This document shows, in pieces, positions 1-13,243 of a stretch of 64,000 nt of DNA. The stretch comes from Ranitomeya imitator (lineage: Eukaryota). Made by a program: the position numbers and the translations under genes. Where the stretch lies: positions 492,838,001-492,902,000 of the forward strand of contig NC_091285.1 in assembly GCF_032444005.1 (NCBI RefSeq), given 5' to 3'. Within the stretch, counting starts at the first letter, position 1. Each line of letters opens with the position of its first letter. The notes beneath the pieces were generated by a model. The model had not been told where the DNA came from. It saw only the letters and a list, made by a program, of their open reading frames with translations, and searched no databases.

Positions 1-729
1 AACTGTCCATTAATATGCTTGGATACAGCACTCTGAACAGCCAGCTTCTTTAGCAGTGACCTTTTGTGACTTACCCTCCTTGTGGAGTGTGTCAATGACT
101 GCTTTCTGGACATCTGTCAAGTCAGCTGTCTTCCCCATGATTGTGGAGCCTCCTGAAACAGACTAAGGGACCTTTCTAAACACTTAGGAATAGTGATGAG
201 CGAATATACTCGTTACTCGAGATTTCTCGAGCATGCTCGGGGGGTCTTCCGAGTATTTTTTAGTGCTCAGAGTTTTAGTTTTTCTTGCCGCAGCTGAATG
301 ATTTACATCTGTTAGCCAGCATAAGTACATGTGGGGGTTGCCTGGTTGCTAGGGAATCCCCACATGTACTTATGCTGGCTAACAGATGTAAATCATTCAG
401 CTGCGGCAAGAAAAACTAAAACTCCGAGCACTAAAAAATACTCGGAGGACCCCCGAGCGTGCTCGAGAATTCTCGAGTAATGAGTATATTCGCTCATCAC
501 TACTTGGGATGCCTTTGCAGGTGTGTTTTGTTAATTATTTTTATTTACTGAGATAATGACTTTTGTGCTTTCAATGGCTGTAAGCCATAATCATCAACAT
601 TAACAGAAATAAACACTTGAAATAGATCACTCTGTAATGACTCTATATAATATGAGTTTCACTTTTTGTATTGAAGAACTGAAATAAATTAACTGATGAT
701 GATGTTCTAATTTTGTAAGAAGCACCTGT
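1..729 (-). mobile_element. Tc1-like element end fragment, interrupted by a MITE
   Basis: Tc1-type sequence continues on both sides of the 191-502 insert and ends near ...agaagcacctg at ~729. No transposase ORF; strand is tentative. Confidence 0.5.
191..502. mobile_element. Palindromic hAT-type MITE
   Basis: Ends tagtgatgagcgaatatactc / gagtatattcgctcatcacta and the whole element is a foldback. Flanking 8-mers cttaggaa (183-190) and cttgggat (503-510) look like a diverged 8-bp TSD. Confidence 0.8.
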
Positions 730-1342
730 TCATGCATTTAAGTGAAAAAAAAGGAAGTAATTTTTATATCCTTTCAAAACGGGAGTTACATGGCTGTACA
801 TGAATAGAAGCATTGTATTTACTGCATGCTAGTGGGATGTAAAGCTCTGCCGTCTTATACATTCTTGTATATTTTTTCATTGATTATTCCATTTTATCTT
901 ATGTAGATAATGAAAATGAAAACCAATTGTATACGAATTGTCATATTTTTATTGTGGTATTTTATTTTGACATGAAGATTTTTGTTTATGTACCTTTTAC
1001 CATGTGCCTCAATATGAAGATCATTTAAAGAAGGAAAATGTCTAACAGGAGATCTAATCTTAGAGAGATAAAACCTATGCTGCTGAATGGCGCCGTCCAC
1101 TCTGGAAATGTAATTTTTTTTTTCCAGTCTGTTGGGAGCCAAATGGCTTAAGGCCAGTTTAGACGACAATCAGTCAATGAACAGTTCGGTGATAGAATAG
1201 TTCCTGACGATCTTCCTAGCACAGCGTCCTGTGTAAATGGGGGCTGTGTTGGATTTAACATTGTGCTGTATTCACAACGCCGGTCAACTTGTAGATAGAA
1301 GATCGGCACGTGCTGAAATCAGCCCGGGTAGACGAGCCTTTA

Positions 1343-1691
1343 GGGTATGTGCACACGTCAGGTTTCTTGCAGAAATTTCCTGACAAAAAACTGACATTTC
1401 TGCCAGAAATCCGCATGCGTTTTTTTTTTTTTTAGGGGCTTTTTTTATGCGTTTTTTGCGCGTTTTTTTTTTTTTGCATTTTTTCCTAATGCATAGAATA
1501 GCGCAAAAAATCCGCAAAATTAATGAACATGCTGCTTTTTTTACCGCAATGCATTTTTTTTGCGGAAAAAACGCATCATGTGCACAAAAATTGCAGAATG
1601 CATTCTAAATGATAGGATGCATATGTCTGTGGTTTGTAATGCATTTTTATCACGAAAAAACGCGAAAAAACCTGAACGTGTGCACATACCC
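1343..1691. mobile_element. PIF/Harbinger-type MITE
   Basis: TIR gggtatgtgcacacg / cgtgtgcacataccc; flanks tta and tca. Confidence 0.75.
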
Positions 1692-2028
1692 TCACTCTTC
1701 ATGTATTGTGTAGGTCATGACTATGGAGAAGAAATTATGTACCTCAGCTTGAGAGTAAATAACTACAAGGGGACTGCGCCATAATCTCTTGTACATATAA
1801 TTCTCCAGCTTTTAACCTGAGAGCGCCTTGTTAAGAATAGGTTCTGTTACACTTAAAAATGAAATTGTGTAAATGAAGAAAATCATGAAGAAACAGACGA
1901 ATGTTTACAAATGAAAATCATTTCATTAATAAATACTATTCAGTAGTTTGCTTCCTTTTTTGTCTAATGTTATTAACCTTATATGCCACAAATTGTCATT
2001 ATTTATCCATCTTATGCAAGTGATTGAT

Positions 2029-2186
2029 ATTATTATTATTTATTTTTAGAGCCCCCTTGATTCCATGCTGCTGTACATGAGGAGAGGTTACATACAAAAC
2101 ACAAATATAAAATACGGTGAACAAACTAACAATGCCTGACTGATAAAGAAAGGAAGGGGCCCTGCCCTTGTGGGCTTACAGTCTAC
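2029..2186 (-). mobile_element. 3' end of an L2/SINE-like retroelement
   Basis: (tat)n tail and the motif ccctgcccttgtgggcttacagtcta, resembling L2/MIR 3' ends. Confidence 0.4.
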
Positions 2187-2670
2187 ATATATGTTATATA
2201 TATTAATTCACCTTTTGTGAACCTTCATGAATATTTAAGATAATTGCCTAGATTAAGGCTATTATAAATGCCGGAAAGTAAGAAGTCACTAAACTCTATA
2301 TCCTTCCCTAATATTTGCTTAGGAATCTATGCACCTTTTTTACACTTGGTAAATATTATAGATTAATGCATGTTTGATATATTTAATATTAATATCCGGG
2401 GGGTTATGTGCATTTAGGGTATATTTGGTAATATTTCCAAATTTATCATGCATTTTGAATATAAATAACTAGTTGATAATGTTGGAGTTTTTATGAAGAT
2501 AGGAGTCTGGAATTCCCTAGAGGGGCTGGAATATGTGTGAGCTGTGTACTTGTATATTCAGTGTCCGATTAGTGCCAAGGGCCCCCTAGTACCATTTACT
2601 CTTGGGACCCACTGTTTAGGTACATGCAAATATTACATGATCCTTATTCACAAATCTACCTCTGCTTTTA

Positions 2671-3825
2671 TCTATATATATAATTGTCTAAGGGGTATTT
2701 TCATCTTTCTGTCTGCAACTTCCGTCACAGAAATCCCACGTCGCTGATTGGTCTCGCCAGCTGCCTGTCCTGGCTGCCGCGACCAATCAGCGACGGGCAC
2801 AGCCCTGCCAAGAATTAGTCCCTCCCTACTTCCGTCCAGTCAGTGCCCGGTGCCCGCTCCATACTCCCGTCCAGTGAGCGCTCACACAGGGTTAATGGCA
2901 GCGTTAACAGACCGCGTTATGCCGCTGGTAACACTCTCTGTTAACGCCGCTATTAACCCTGTGTGACCAACGTTTTACTATTGATGCTGCCTATGCAGCA
3001 TCAATAGTAAAAAGATCTAATGTTAAAAATAATAAAAAAAAAACAAAAAAACTGCTATTCTCACCTTCTGTCGTCCGACGATGCGCTTGTGCCTGCCGCC
3101 AGCTTCTCTTCCCAGAGATGCATTGCGAAATTACCAAGAAGACTTAGCAGTCTCGCGAGACCGCTACGTCATCTGGGTAATTTCGCAATGCATCCCGGGA
3201 ACGGAAGTTGGCGGCAGCCACGCGTGCATGGACACAGCTTCGCTGGACGCCGGAGGGTGAGTGTATAACTATTTTTTATTTTAATTATTTTTGTTAAAGG
3301 GGATATGGTGCCCACACTGCTGTATACTACTGGGCTGTGTTATATACTGCGTGGCTGCTATATACTACGTGGCCAGTGTTATATACTGCGTGGGCTGCAT
3401 TATATACTACATGGCTGCTATATACTACGTGGCCAGTGTTATATACTATGTGGGCAATGTTATATACTGTGTGGGCTGCGTTATATACTGCATGGCTGCT
3501 ATATACTACGTGGGCAGTGTTCTTTACTATGTGGGCAATGTTATATACTGCGTGGGCAGTGTTATATACTGTTTGGGCTGTGTTATATACTATGTGGGCT
3601 GTGTTATATACTGCATGCCCTGTGTTATATACTACGTGGGAAATGTTATATACTGTTTGGGCTGTGTTATATACTGCGTGGCCACTGTTATATACTGCGT
3701 GGCCTGTATTAACGCATCTGGTATTCAAGAATATGTCGTGGCCTGTGCTATATACTATGTGGCTGCTATATACATACATACATATTATAGAATACCCGAT
3801 GCATTAGAATCGGGCCGCCATCTAG
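2671..3825 (+). mobile_element. Non-autonomous Helitron
   Basis: a|TC start, 3' hairpin cccgatgcattagaatcggg followed by CTAG|t, no TSD. Contains an internal ~20-bp tandem array (about 3300-3710). Confidence 0.85.
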
Positions 3826-4108
3826 TAAAATAATAATAAGCTAGGTAGTTTATAAAATAATTAATGAGATGATGCATGTCTGCATTTAGTGAATAAACTG
3901 TATTGTGCCAATTACTGCTTATATAGGATGATCCTGCCCAGAGGATCACGAGTTCCCATGTAGGCTAGTCCAGGCCTATGTACAAGCTATTAAACCACTG
4001 TTTATCCATTATATTACACAACATATAAATTGTTTACGTTTTTGGATTGTCTCCTCCGGTGGGAGGCCATTTTGAAAACACTTCTAAATTAGCAATCATT
4101 AACATTTG

Positions 4109-4976
4109 CCAAAAAATATATAATCAATCATGAGTAATATTTATTGAAAATTGTACAACTATACACAAACAATTAAAACATGTACCACTTATGTAACAAA
4201 ATGTGAAAAATCCGTGAATACATCAAAAACCAAAGATCACGGATCAGGACACTGCCAAGTATATTTATAAGTAAGCAAGAACAAAGAAAAACTGCGGCAC
4301 TCACCCCGTTGTTGCTGTGTGAACGTGTTCTTTATTGAAACATGGCTTTATGGAAGATCATACATCCAGCTAGGCAGCAGGTTTTACAGGAGGGTGCGGT
4401 GATGGAGCGTGGACGACGGCCGTTTCGCACTGAATGTGCTTCCCCTGAGGAAGCGGTATTCACCAGACGCGAAACGCGCGTTGGGGTTGCTAACAAGGAC
4501 CAGGACAGGACCTGCCACACTTATTATGGGTAAATAAGATCTTGGATGTTATCTTGTATGTTTTACTACCCATGAGCATCTGACCGGCCTGGCGACATGA
4601 CTGCTATCGCACAGTATAGTCATTGCACACATTAGTTTGAATGGACAGTTTAAGTGCCATGGCCTACCAGTGGTTTTATACCTGTTATCATAGCACACTA
4701 GTTGCATGTTACATATAAATATACTTGGCAGTGTCCTGATCCGTGATCTTTGGTTTTTGATGTATTCACGGATTTTTCACATGTTGTTACATAAGTGGTA
4801 CATGTTTTAATTGTTTGTGTATAGTTGTACAATTTTCAATAAATATTACTCATGATTGACTATATATTTTTTGGCACTTTATTGGACTCTTGGTTCTCCT
4901 TTGGTATATGATTATGATTTGAGTCGCCATTAGTTATTTGGGAAGGTATTTCTGGCTGATGCTCTGTTTATATAAT
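4109..4976. mobile_element. Non-coding Penelope-like insertion with inverted 5' segment
   Basis: 13-bp duplication tcattaacatttg at 4096-4108 and 4977-4989; ~160-bp inverted arms (4107-4269 / 4714-4876); hammerhead motif at the inversion junction. Confidence 0.75.
4442..4486 (+). ncRNA. Minimal type-I hammerhead ribozyme motif
   Basis: ccc-CTGAGGA-A-gcg[loop]cgc-GAAA-c(gcgc)g-TT-gggg: core boxes intact, stems I and II pair, and stem III is a short palindrome. Confidence 0.75.
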
Positions 4977-7900
4977 TCATTAACATTTGTAGGAATGCAG
5001 CAAAGAAGTGTTTATTGGCTTCTAGTAATAATCTTTCTCGGAGACGCTGTATTTTAATACCTTGCTAAGTAGATTAGCAGGGTAAGGGCTGCCATCCTGT
5101 TCCTATTTGCAGTAAGCTCCCGTGTGCTTTGTTTTACAGTTGATCTTCTTCCTGCGCAGTGAGTATCACAATGTATCTATATTTCTAGGAATGCTTCAAT
5201 TTTATTTATTGTCACAGTGTAGCTCATCAGATGCTACATACTATGATATGCTGAGGTTCTAATAATTCATACAATATCAAACCTTCTTCTATTTAGAAAG
5301 AATGCTTATTTTGGGTTCTCCTAAACTTTCAAGTAATCAAACACAGCTCTGAAATTTCAGTTCTGCCTGGCAGAATTAAAAGATGGCATACTGCCATTTT
5401 CTTATGCCATACTCCTTGAGTCCTGACTGTCTTTGTCATGCACAATCTTTTTTTCTGTATATTGCAATGTGAAGACGCAAAAGGCGAATACAACATCCTG
5501 TATGGCTATTTTACAATCAGATCAGAACTTCTCATTTTAGAATGAACCATTGCATGTCTATTGAGCTTGAGTCAATCTGAAACTTGACTTGTATTCTTCC
5601 TCGGTTACTTAGTTGTAGATTTCCTCTTTAGTCTTGAATCACCGTCCTAATGAGTGTCGCATGTCTGAGTTTGGTTATGGAAATATGATGAAAAATTAAA
5701 CTTAAAAATTAATTGTGTCGAAAAAAACATAAAATAGGTCATATATTATTAAATTCATGGCAAAAATACATGTAGAAATCTTGTAGTTAGACTTATTATG
5801 CTTACAGGGATAAGTTTCCCTTTTATTGTAGTAATTTTGTTAAAAGGGATATTTTTTATTTAGCTCCCATCAGTCATGTCAGACTGACATTCTCTAAGCA
5901 ATTTCAAGCAGAAGACTAGCATCAGTTTCTGAGAAGTTCATCCAAGGCCCCATTCTCTTGTCCGTATGCTCATGTACCTGTTTTGTCTGTGTTCGTCATC
6001 ATGAGTAGAACCTATACACATTATAGTTGGTGGGCAAATTCATGTGTCAATTTTTTAAGTGGACTAATTGTCTGTGAAAACAAAATGAAGTATGCAAAAT
6101 AAACCAACTAAAAGAGGACAGCACCGCTTGTGAAAAGTATTGACAAATTAGTATGAAAAGCAGAGATACCCAACATGGCAGAGCTAACCTTTAAATTGTT
6201 GTTAAAAGAATATCTCACCTTATTACAGGGTAAAGGGAACAGTAGTGACTGGTGTATCCTAGCATGCTTTTCTTTCTCCAAACGAGTTTGACTGTTCACC
6301 GAACAAGAGTAGGTACATGTAAATAAGGAAAAAGATGCAAAAATTGTCCTCGACACTCCCAACAGAAGGTAACATTAGTGTAGAGGTTGGGTAAAAGATG
6401 CCATTTTATTCATAGTGTTTAAAATGTTATGCCTTCAGGAATCTGCTCATCAAGTCAAAAAAGATACAACTACAGAAGTGTGTTCATCCACAGAGTATAC
6501 ATCACAGTTTCCACAGAGTATACATCACAGTTTGAACGTGTACACACTTCTGTAGATGTCTTGTTTTTGGTCTGATGAGCAGATCCCCTTTTAAGACACT
6601 GTATGAATGAAATAACATCTGTTACCTAACCTCCAGACTAATGCTACATTCTGTTGGAGGGACAGTACCAATTTTAGTGTCCTTTTTCTGTTATATTCGT
6701 ACCTAAAACAAAAAAACATGTTACATTTTTATCCAAGTTGTTGATAAAAATTATTCAAATCAATGGGCATCTGAAGAAAAGACAGCACAATGTTGTATGC
6801 TGGTGCTGTTTTGTTTTTTTACTGCCTAATGGGTAGAAGTTCGGAAGCATTTTTTTTTTTTTTTGCATTCAAGAAAAACAGATCAGACACGAATGGTAAA
6901 AACGGACAAACAGACCACGACAACAATTGAAGGTCTGATAAAAACTGATCAAGATCAATCTGTTTATATTGCATTAAATAAAAACAGACATGTGGTTCAG
7001 GCCTAAGGCTGATAAGCAAGATTGTGGCATTTCAGTTGCCCTTATTGCAAAATTCTGCATCTCTACAAGTAATATATGCCGTATGTCACAAAAGTGAGTA
7101 CACCCCTCATATATTTGTAAATATTTTATACATTTTCATGGGGCAACACTGAAGATTTGACACTTTGATACAATGTAAAGTAATCAGTGTACAGCTTGTA
7201 TAACAATGTAAATTTGGATTGCCCTCAACACACAGCCATTATTGTCTAAACCACTGACAACAAAAGTGAGTCGTTATCAATATTACTTACTGTCAAAGAT
7301 TGCAGCCAGGGGGTTGTAACTGAACCCACACACTGTTGTCTTTGGAGCAAACAGCTCTCTGCTGCCCCCTATCATCCGGACAATTACACAATTGACTGAC
7401 GATTAACGGAGGAGGCCGAAGGCTGTTTAAACTAATAGGCCGGTTATCTGAACTAACAGTGAGCGTATGGTATATACAACTCCGATTCCAAAGCATGGAA
7501 TATGTGTATATACTCCTTTTACTTTCACTGTTAACTCCATGATAACCCAAGACTACTTGCTGCCACCACCAGTCGTTTATAAAGACTGACTGGACAGCTG
7601 ACAGGTAGCATATGGCTTTAGGGTGCAGTTTACAGAACAGAAGGCACCGAACTAAGGGAACAAAATAATACAGCATATACAATTCCATAAAATCTAACAG
7701 GATTAACAAAAGAACTTACTACACCGATCACAGAGATGACTCATCTTAGTGAAGGAGAGCACTTCGATTGGAGACGTTCAGTGAACAGGATTCATGCATG
7801 CACAGATGTGTATCTCTCTACGGGAACTCAGATCATAATTTGCCTTGATCTTTAATCAGTATTCGAGTTTCACCCACACACACCCCATTGCTGACCTCAC

Positions 7901-8339
7901 GTGGGCTGGGTTTTGGGATATTCTCAGCCCTTCAGTATTTTATGAAATTCCCAAGACTAACCATATCTTTCCATCTGACAATTGCAGAAGTTTGAGATTG
8001 CCGCCATATTTTTTATCGGGATTTTACCTTCACCGAGAGACCAAACATGACTTGGCTGTTGGCAGCGATCTGGCCACTATGACACCAACTCCACGACTCT
8101 AACTCCCTCATACATGGCTTATGTTTAAGTGATAAATTTACTGTAGTAAAATGGTAACATCAGGCTTATCTTTATTATGATACCTTAATCAAGCCATTTA
8201 GATAGAACATAAAATATATTTATTGGAACACAACTTTAGAACAAAAAAACTTTGCATATTTTCAATTTATTGTACACTGCAGTAAGTAGGAAAAAAACAG
8301 TTTTCAACAAAAACGTACTGAATAGCATTTGTGCAGTCT

Positions 8340-9900
8340 ATGAATTTGTTCTGAGAAATAATATCGCCTCCATCAGATCATCCTTCATAGATGACCTCAC
8401 ATCTGACCTAATTTTTTTTAAGGCTAGAGAACAACTTCTCTACACTAACTTGGGTTGGTGGCAAAGCAGTAACCACATAGGTGACAATTTCAGGGTATAA
8501 AGGAATTACCTCTTACACAGTTTTGATGAACGATTGAACTCTTCTACTTCTTTGAGAACAAGTGAAAAACTTTGCTGAAATATGGTCAATCTGTTTTCTA
8601 TGGAAGTAGAATCTTTTTCCCTGCAGCAACGCTTTGCCTGCTCTATGTAGTCCAAATACTTGTCGAAATCAAACTCCCTCATCTGATGAGGATGAAGGAA
8701 AGGCAGCAGCAGCACTGGCCAGGACCCGAGTCCTCTTGCTCTTGGCTGTCCTGTAGCCCACTCATCCTAACTGCTACCTCAATCAAAGCTTCTTTTCCTT
8801 TAGTAAGCTGTTGATCATCCAGCAATATATGATGACTCAGGTCCACATAAACAGCTGGCAAAAGAATTTCATTTTCTAATAACAGGGTCTCTCTCCATTT
8901 CATTGAAGCAGCAATGCAATATGCGGTTAAACCTCCACTTTGGACAGGCAAAACAACAAGTTCTTCCACTCCTTTATAAAAATGCCAGGAGGTAAATCCT
9001 CAGCTTGTAACTTTTTAGTCACTGTAAATGGGTGATGAAGCAATTCCTTCAATTCAGCCACCTGTGTTCATTGATCTTCATGTAGTGTTACCTGAGGGTT
9101 GGCCATATCTACAAGGAAGGGTTTCAGCTCAAGCAATCGCTCAGTCAATAAGTAGGTGCTGCCCCACCTAATGGCTTGATCCACAATTGCCCCTTTTCCA
9201 GCACATCTCTTCAAGATGGAATCAATTTTAGGGGTTCTGGCAGCAATAGCCAATTTCCTCACTTTTGCTAATCCAGCATGTCCCTCTTGCAGACTATCCC
9301 TTATTGCCATCTGCAGAGTGTGCACAACACAGCACATGTGATGAATAAGAAACAGGTGTGAAGCAGCTTCAACAACATCATCTAATTGTAAAGAATCATT
9401 TTGCTGTTCTGTAGTAATATATGTTTGTTCCTCCATTATGAGAACAGGACTGTTTCTTTCCATCTCCAACATACTGAATGTGAAATGTTCTTCTAGCTGC
9501 TGTTCACCTTCATTATTCTTATTCATCAGTTTATTATACTTACCATATTTGATGCATTATCCGTTACAATAGCAAGAACCTGTTCTTTTTTGAATTCATA
9601 ATCTTGCAGAACTTTCCTCCTCCTGGCAGGAAGTACTGGTCTCTGGTTTCTTGGTGCTGCTGTGATCTTTTTCAGTCACAGCTTTGTAAACTTCTGGGTA
9701 GCAGCATTGTAAATGTCTTTTTAGATTGAAAGCTCTTGAAGGAGCATTTTTACCACTGCCTGAGTATGCACTGATTTTGGCATCACAGCATTTGTTTTCA
9801 TCTGGGTCACTTATACACTGACACACAAAATGTTTATTATCTTGAGTCACTGTGAAATGCTCAAATACAGCTGACTTCATAAGAAGCTCCTTAGAGATTT
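8340..9900 (-). pseudogene. Decayed hAT transposase
   Basis: Frameshifted fragments: BED finger (VFEHF...C...C...NLKRHL), CxxH (MCCVVHTLQ), RW motif (IRWGSTYLL) and C-terminal dimerisation motif (LPPTQVSVEKLFSSL). Confidence 0.85.
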
Positions 9901-10245
9901 TGTAATTATCTAAATTCGCTCTCAAAATTATTTTGTCCTGTAAAAAAAAATAAAGTATATTGTAATTCTTACAAGAATAGGGAATCACGCACTGTATAAT
10001 TTGGGATAGAAATAAAACAACCTTTGCATAAATCAATAGGACAGATGATAAGTATAAAGTTTGTAAAATGTGTTGTTAAATAGCTTTACTCTGAACTTTC
10101 AATGTCAAAGCTTGTCTCAGCAGGGTACAGCTCACTAAATGCTTCACATCATATTTCTTCACAGTCTATGAAGAGGGGAGGAGGGAGGGAGCATGTTTGT
10201 GCTGAATCACATTCCAGGACACACACACACACACACACAAATATA

Positions 10246-11850
10246 CAGTACAGACCAAAAGTTTGGACACACCTTCTCATTTAAAGATTTTTCTGTATTT
10301 TCATGACTATGAAAATTGTTAATTCACACTGAAGGCTTCAAAACTACGAATTAACACATGTGGAATTATATACTTAGCAAAAAAGCGTGAAACAACTGAA
10401 AATATGTCTTATATTGTAGGTTCTTCAAAGTAGCCATCTTTTGCTTTGATGACTGCTTTGCACACTCTTGGCATTCTCTTGATAAGCTTCAAGAGGTAGT
10501 CACCGGAAATGGTCTTCCAACAATCTTGAAGGAGTTCCCAGAGATGCTTAGCACTTGTTGGCCCTTTTGCCTTCACTCTGCGGTCCAGCTCACCCCAAAC
10601 CATCTCGATTGAGTTCAGGTCTGGTGACTGTGGAGGCCAGGTCATCTGGCGTAGCACCCCATCACTTTCCTTCTTGGTCAAATAGCCATTACACAGCCTG
10701 GAGGTGTGTTTGGGATTATTGTCCTGTTAAAAACTAAATGATGGTCCAACTAAACGCAAACGGATGGAATAGCATGCCGCTGCAACATGCTGTGGTAGCC
10801 ATGCTGGTTCAGGATGCCTTCAATTTTGATTAAATACCCAACAATGTCACCAGCAAAGCATCCCCACACCATCACATCTCCTCCTCCATGCTTCACGGTG
10901 GGAACCAGGCAACTCCATCCGTTCACCTTTTCTGCGTCGCACAAAGACACGGTGGTTGGAACCAAAGATCTCATATTTGGACTCATCAGATCAAAGCGCA
11001 GATTTCCATTGGTCTAATGTCCATTCCTTGTGTTCTTTAGCCCAAACAAGTCTCTTCTGCTTGTTGCCTGTCCTTAGCAGTGGTTTCCTAGCAGATATTT
11101 TACCATGAAGGCCTGCTGCACAAAGTCTCCTCTTAACAGTTGTTGTAGAGATGTGTCTGCTGCTAGAACTCTGTGTGACATTGACCTGGTCTCTAATCTG
11201 AGCTGCTGTTAACCTGCGATTTCTGAGGCTGGTGACTCAGATAAACTTATCCTCAGAAGCAGAGGTGACTCTTGGTCTTCTTTTCCTGGGGCGGTCCTCA
11301 TGTGAAACAGTTTCTTTGTAGCGCTTGATGGTTTTTGCAACTGCACTTGGGGACACTTTCAAAGTTTTCCCAATTTTTCGGACTGACCTTCATTTCTTAA
11401 AGTAATGATGGCCACTCGTTTTTTTTTACTTAGCTGCTTTTTTTTGCCATAATACAAATTCTAACAGTCTATTCAGTAGGACTATCAGCTGTGTATCCAC
11501 CAGACTTCTGCTCAACACAACTGATGGTCCCAACCCCATTTATAAGGAAAGAAATCCCACTTATTAAACCTGACAGAGCACACCTGTGAAGTGAAAACTA
11601 TTCTTGAAGCTCATCAAGAGAATGCCAAGAGTGTGCAAAGCAGTCATCAAAGCAAAAGGTGGCTACTTTGAAGAACCTAGAATATAAGATATAATTTCAG
11701 TTGTTTCACACTTTTTTGTTAAGTATATAATTCCACATGTGTTAATTCATAGTTTTGATGCCTTCAGTGTGAATTTACAATTTTAATAGTCATGAAAATA
11801 CAGAAAAATCTTTAAATGAGAAGGCGTGTCCAAACTTTTGGTCTGTACTG
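10246..11850 (-). mobile_element. Full-length defective Tc1 transposon
   Basis: TA-flanked long TIRs cagtacagaccaaaagtttggacac. Broken transposase fragments on the minus strand (TVKHGGGDVMVWGCF; WPPQSPDLNSIEMVW). Confidence 0.92.
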
Positions 11851-12849
11851 TATATGCCCTCATCGATCCTGTTACTGTATTTCCAAATTTTAGATTGTTT
11901 CCCCTTATATTCTATGTATAGTGTAAATAAGTCATTAGAGCAGCTAATTTCTCTAAACATAAGCTAAGAGGAAAAACAAACTAAAACATCAAGCATACAG
12001 AGACAACATATACTGGACTATTGATGTATGCTGTTTATTGAAAGTTTAGATATGGTTTAGGAAGTACTTACCTTCTTTAATCCTGCTTTCCTGTTCACTT
12101 CAGAAATTCTGAGATGAATGCTTTCCTTCCCTGTGTGTTTATTTTTCCCCTTATCTGTAAAGGAGGAGCTTCACTACTTATCATGAACATAAACTGTAGC
12201 ACAGATTCATCTCAGCTAAAAGTCTAGACCTTAGATCAGAAATAGGACAGACATTTATAGGACATTTCATAACTTTCCCAAATGCTTATGAAAAAAATAT
12301 TCCCCACAAACTGCATTGAATTACTGTACCCAATTTATTATATATTTTAGGAATCTTGAGTCGGTCCATTTCATACCAACTCCATCAAAATGGGCTCAGA
12401 CTCCACAGCCCTGCAGGTAATACAGTGATAACCGGTGACATTATACACAGGAGTTCTGTATATAGTGTGTAATGTACACAGGGTTGGACTGGCCCACCCA
12501 GGGGGCCCAGACACTGATATCTACTGGCAACTGCCTGGGGCCCCCGCTGCCCCAGTGGCCTTCAGCCAGTGGCGTGTCACTAATAGCGGCACACCACGCA
12601 GCTGCTATGGAGCCTGTGAGTCAGGGGGGGCTTGAGGAGCAGTGATTATTCATTTCTCTTTAGCAGCGGGCACAGGCTTTAGCCACAGCAGCCAGCTCCT
12701 ACCTCCTGTCACTCACTGCTCAACCACTGCTGTGTATCATAAAGATAAACAGTCGCACTCAAAAAAATCATATCGTTAGTAAAGAAAAAGATTTATTTCA
12801 GTCACAAAAAAGTGCAATCACCGCAGTCAGGTCAAATGAGGAAGGCAAA

Positions 12850-12888
12850 GGTAACGTTTCGACCCTTATCTTGGGTCTTTTTCAAACC
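12850..12888 (-). ncRNA. Hammerhead-like motif with variant core in a Penelope-type repeat
   Basis: Minus strand reads ggt-TTGAAAAA-gaccc[aagataa]gggtc-GAAA-cgtt-acc, followed downstream by AATAAA and TGAGTGCG. The CUGANGA box is non-canonical. Confidence 0.55.
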
Positions 12889-13243
12889 ATGCTGGAAAAT
12901 GAATATATAACAATGGTGAGTATACACAGAGTGAACATGAAATTTCTCAAAAACAAGATACATAAAATTAAAATAAAACCAAATATGTGTGCTGTACAAT
13001 TATATAAACAAGTCAAAACAATATGTCAAAACAATAAAGCATATAACGAGTCCCACGTTGGTGGGGTACAGGTAGTGAGCTTGTTATCAATATAGTCAAG
13101 CGATAAGCGCTGAATTTATGATGCTTAAGTATCCAGTAACCAGGGAGGTGGAGAGAATTTGGCTATGGCAAGTCCCAAATGAAAATAAAAGGACAATACA
13201 AACCCAATGTCGGGCCCAAATACCAATTATAAGGTGTTATATA

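Larger units (their letters stand above)
8070..12413 (-). mobile_element. hAT DNA transposon hosting a nested Tc1
   Basis: Contains the transposase remnant. gactcc-type subterminal motifs at ~8080-8105 and 12357-12413; the probable terminus is ...gactccacagccctg at 12413. The other end was not located. Confidence 0.5.

Noticed and set aside
3291-3833. Overlapping 135-180 aa ORFs
   Set aside because: They are translations of a 20-bp Helitron tandem array, open in several frames, with no protein signal.
12350-12418. Exon-like segment (ttttag...MGSDSTALQ|gtaata)
   Set aside because: It coincides with the probable hAT terminus, and splicing it to 28533 would be out of frame with the GNB5L ATG.
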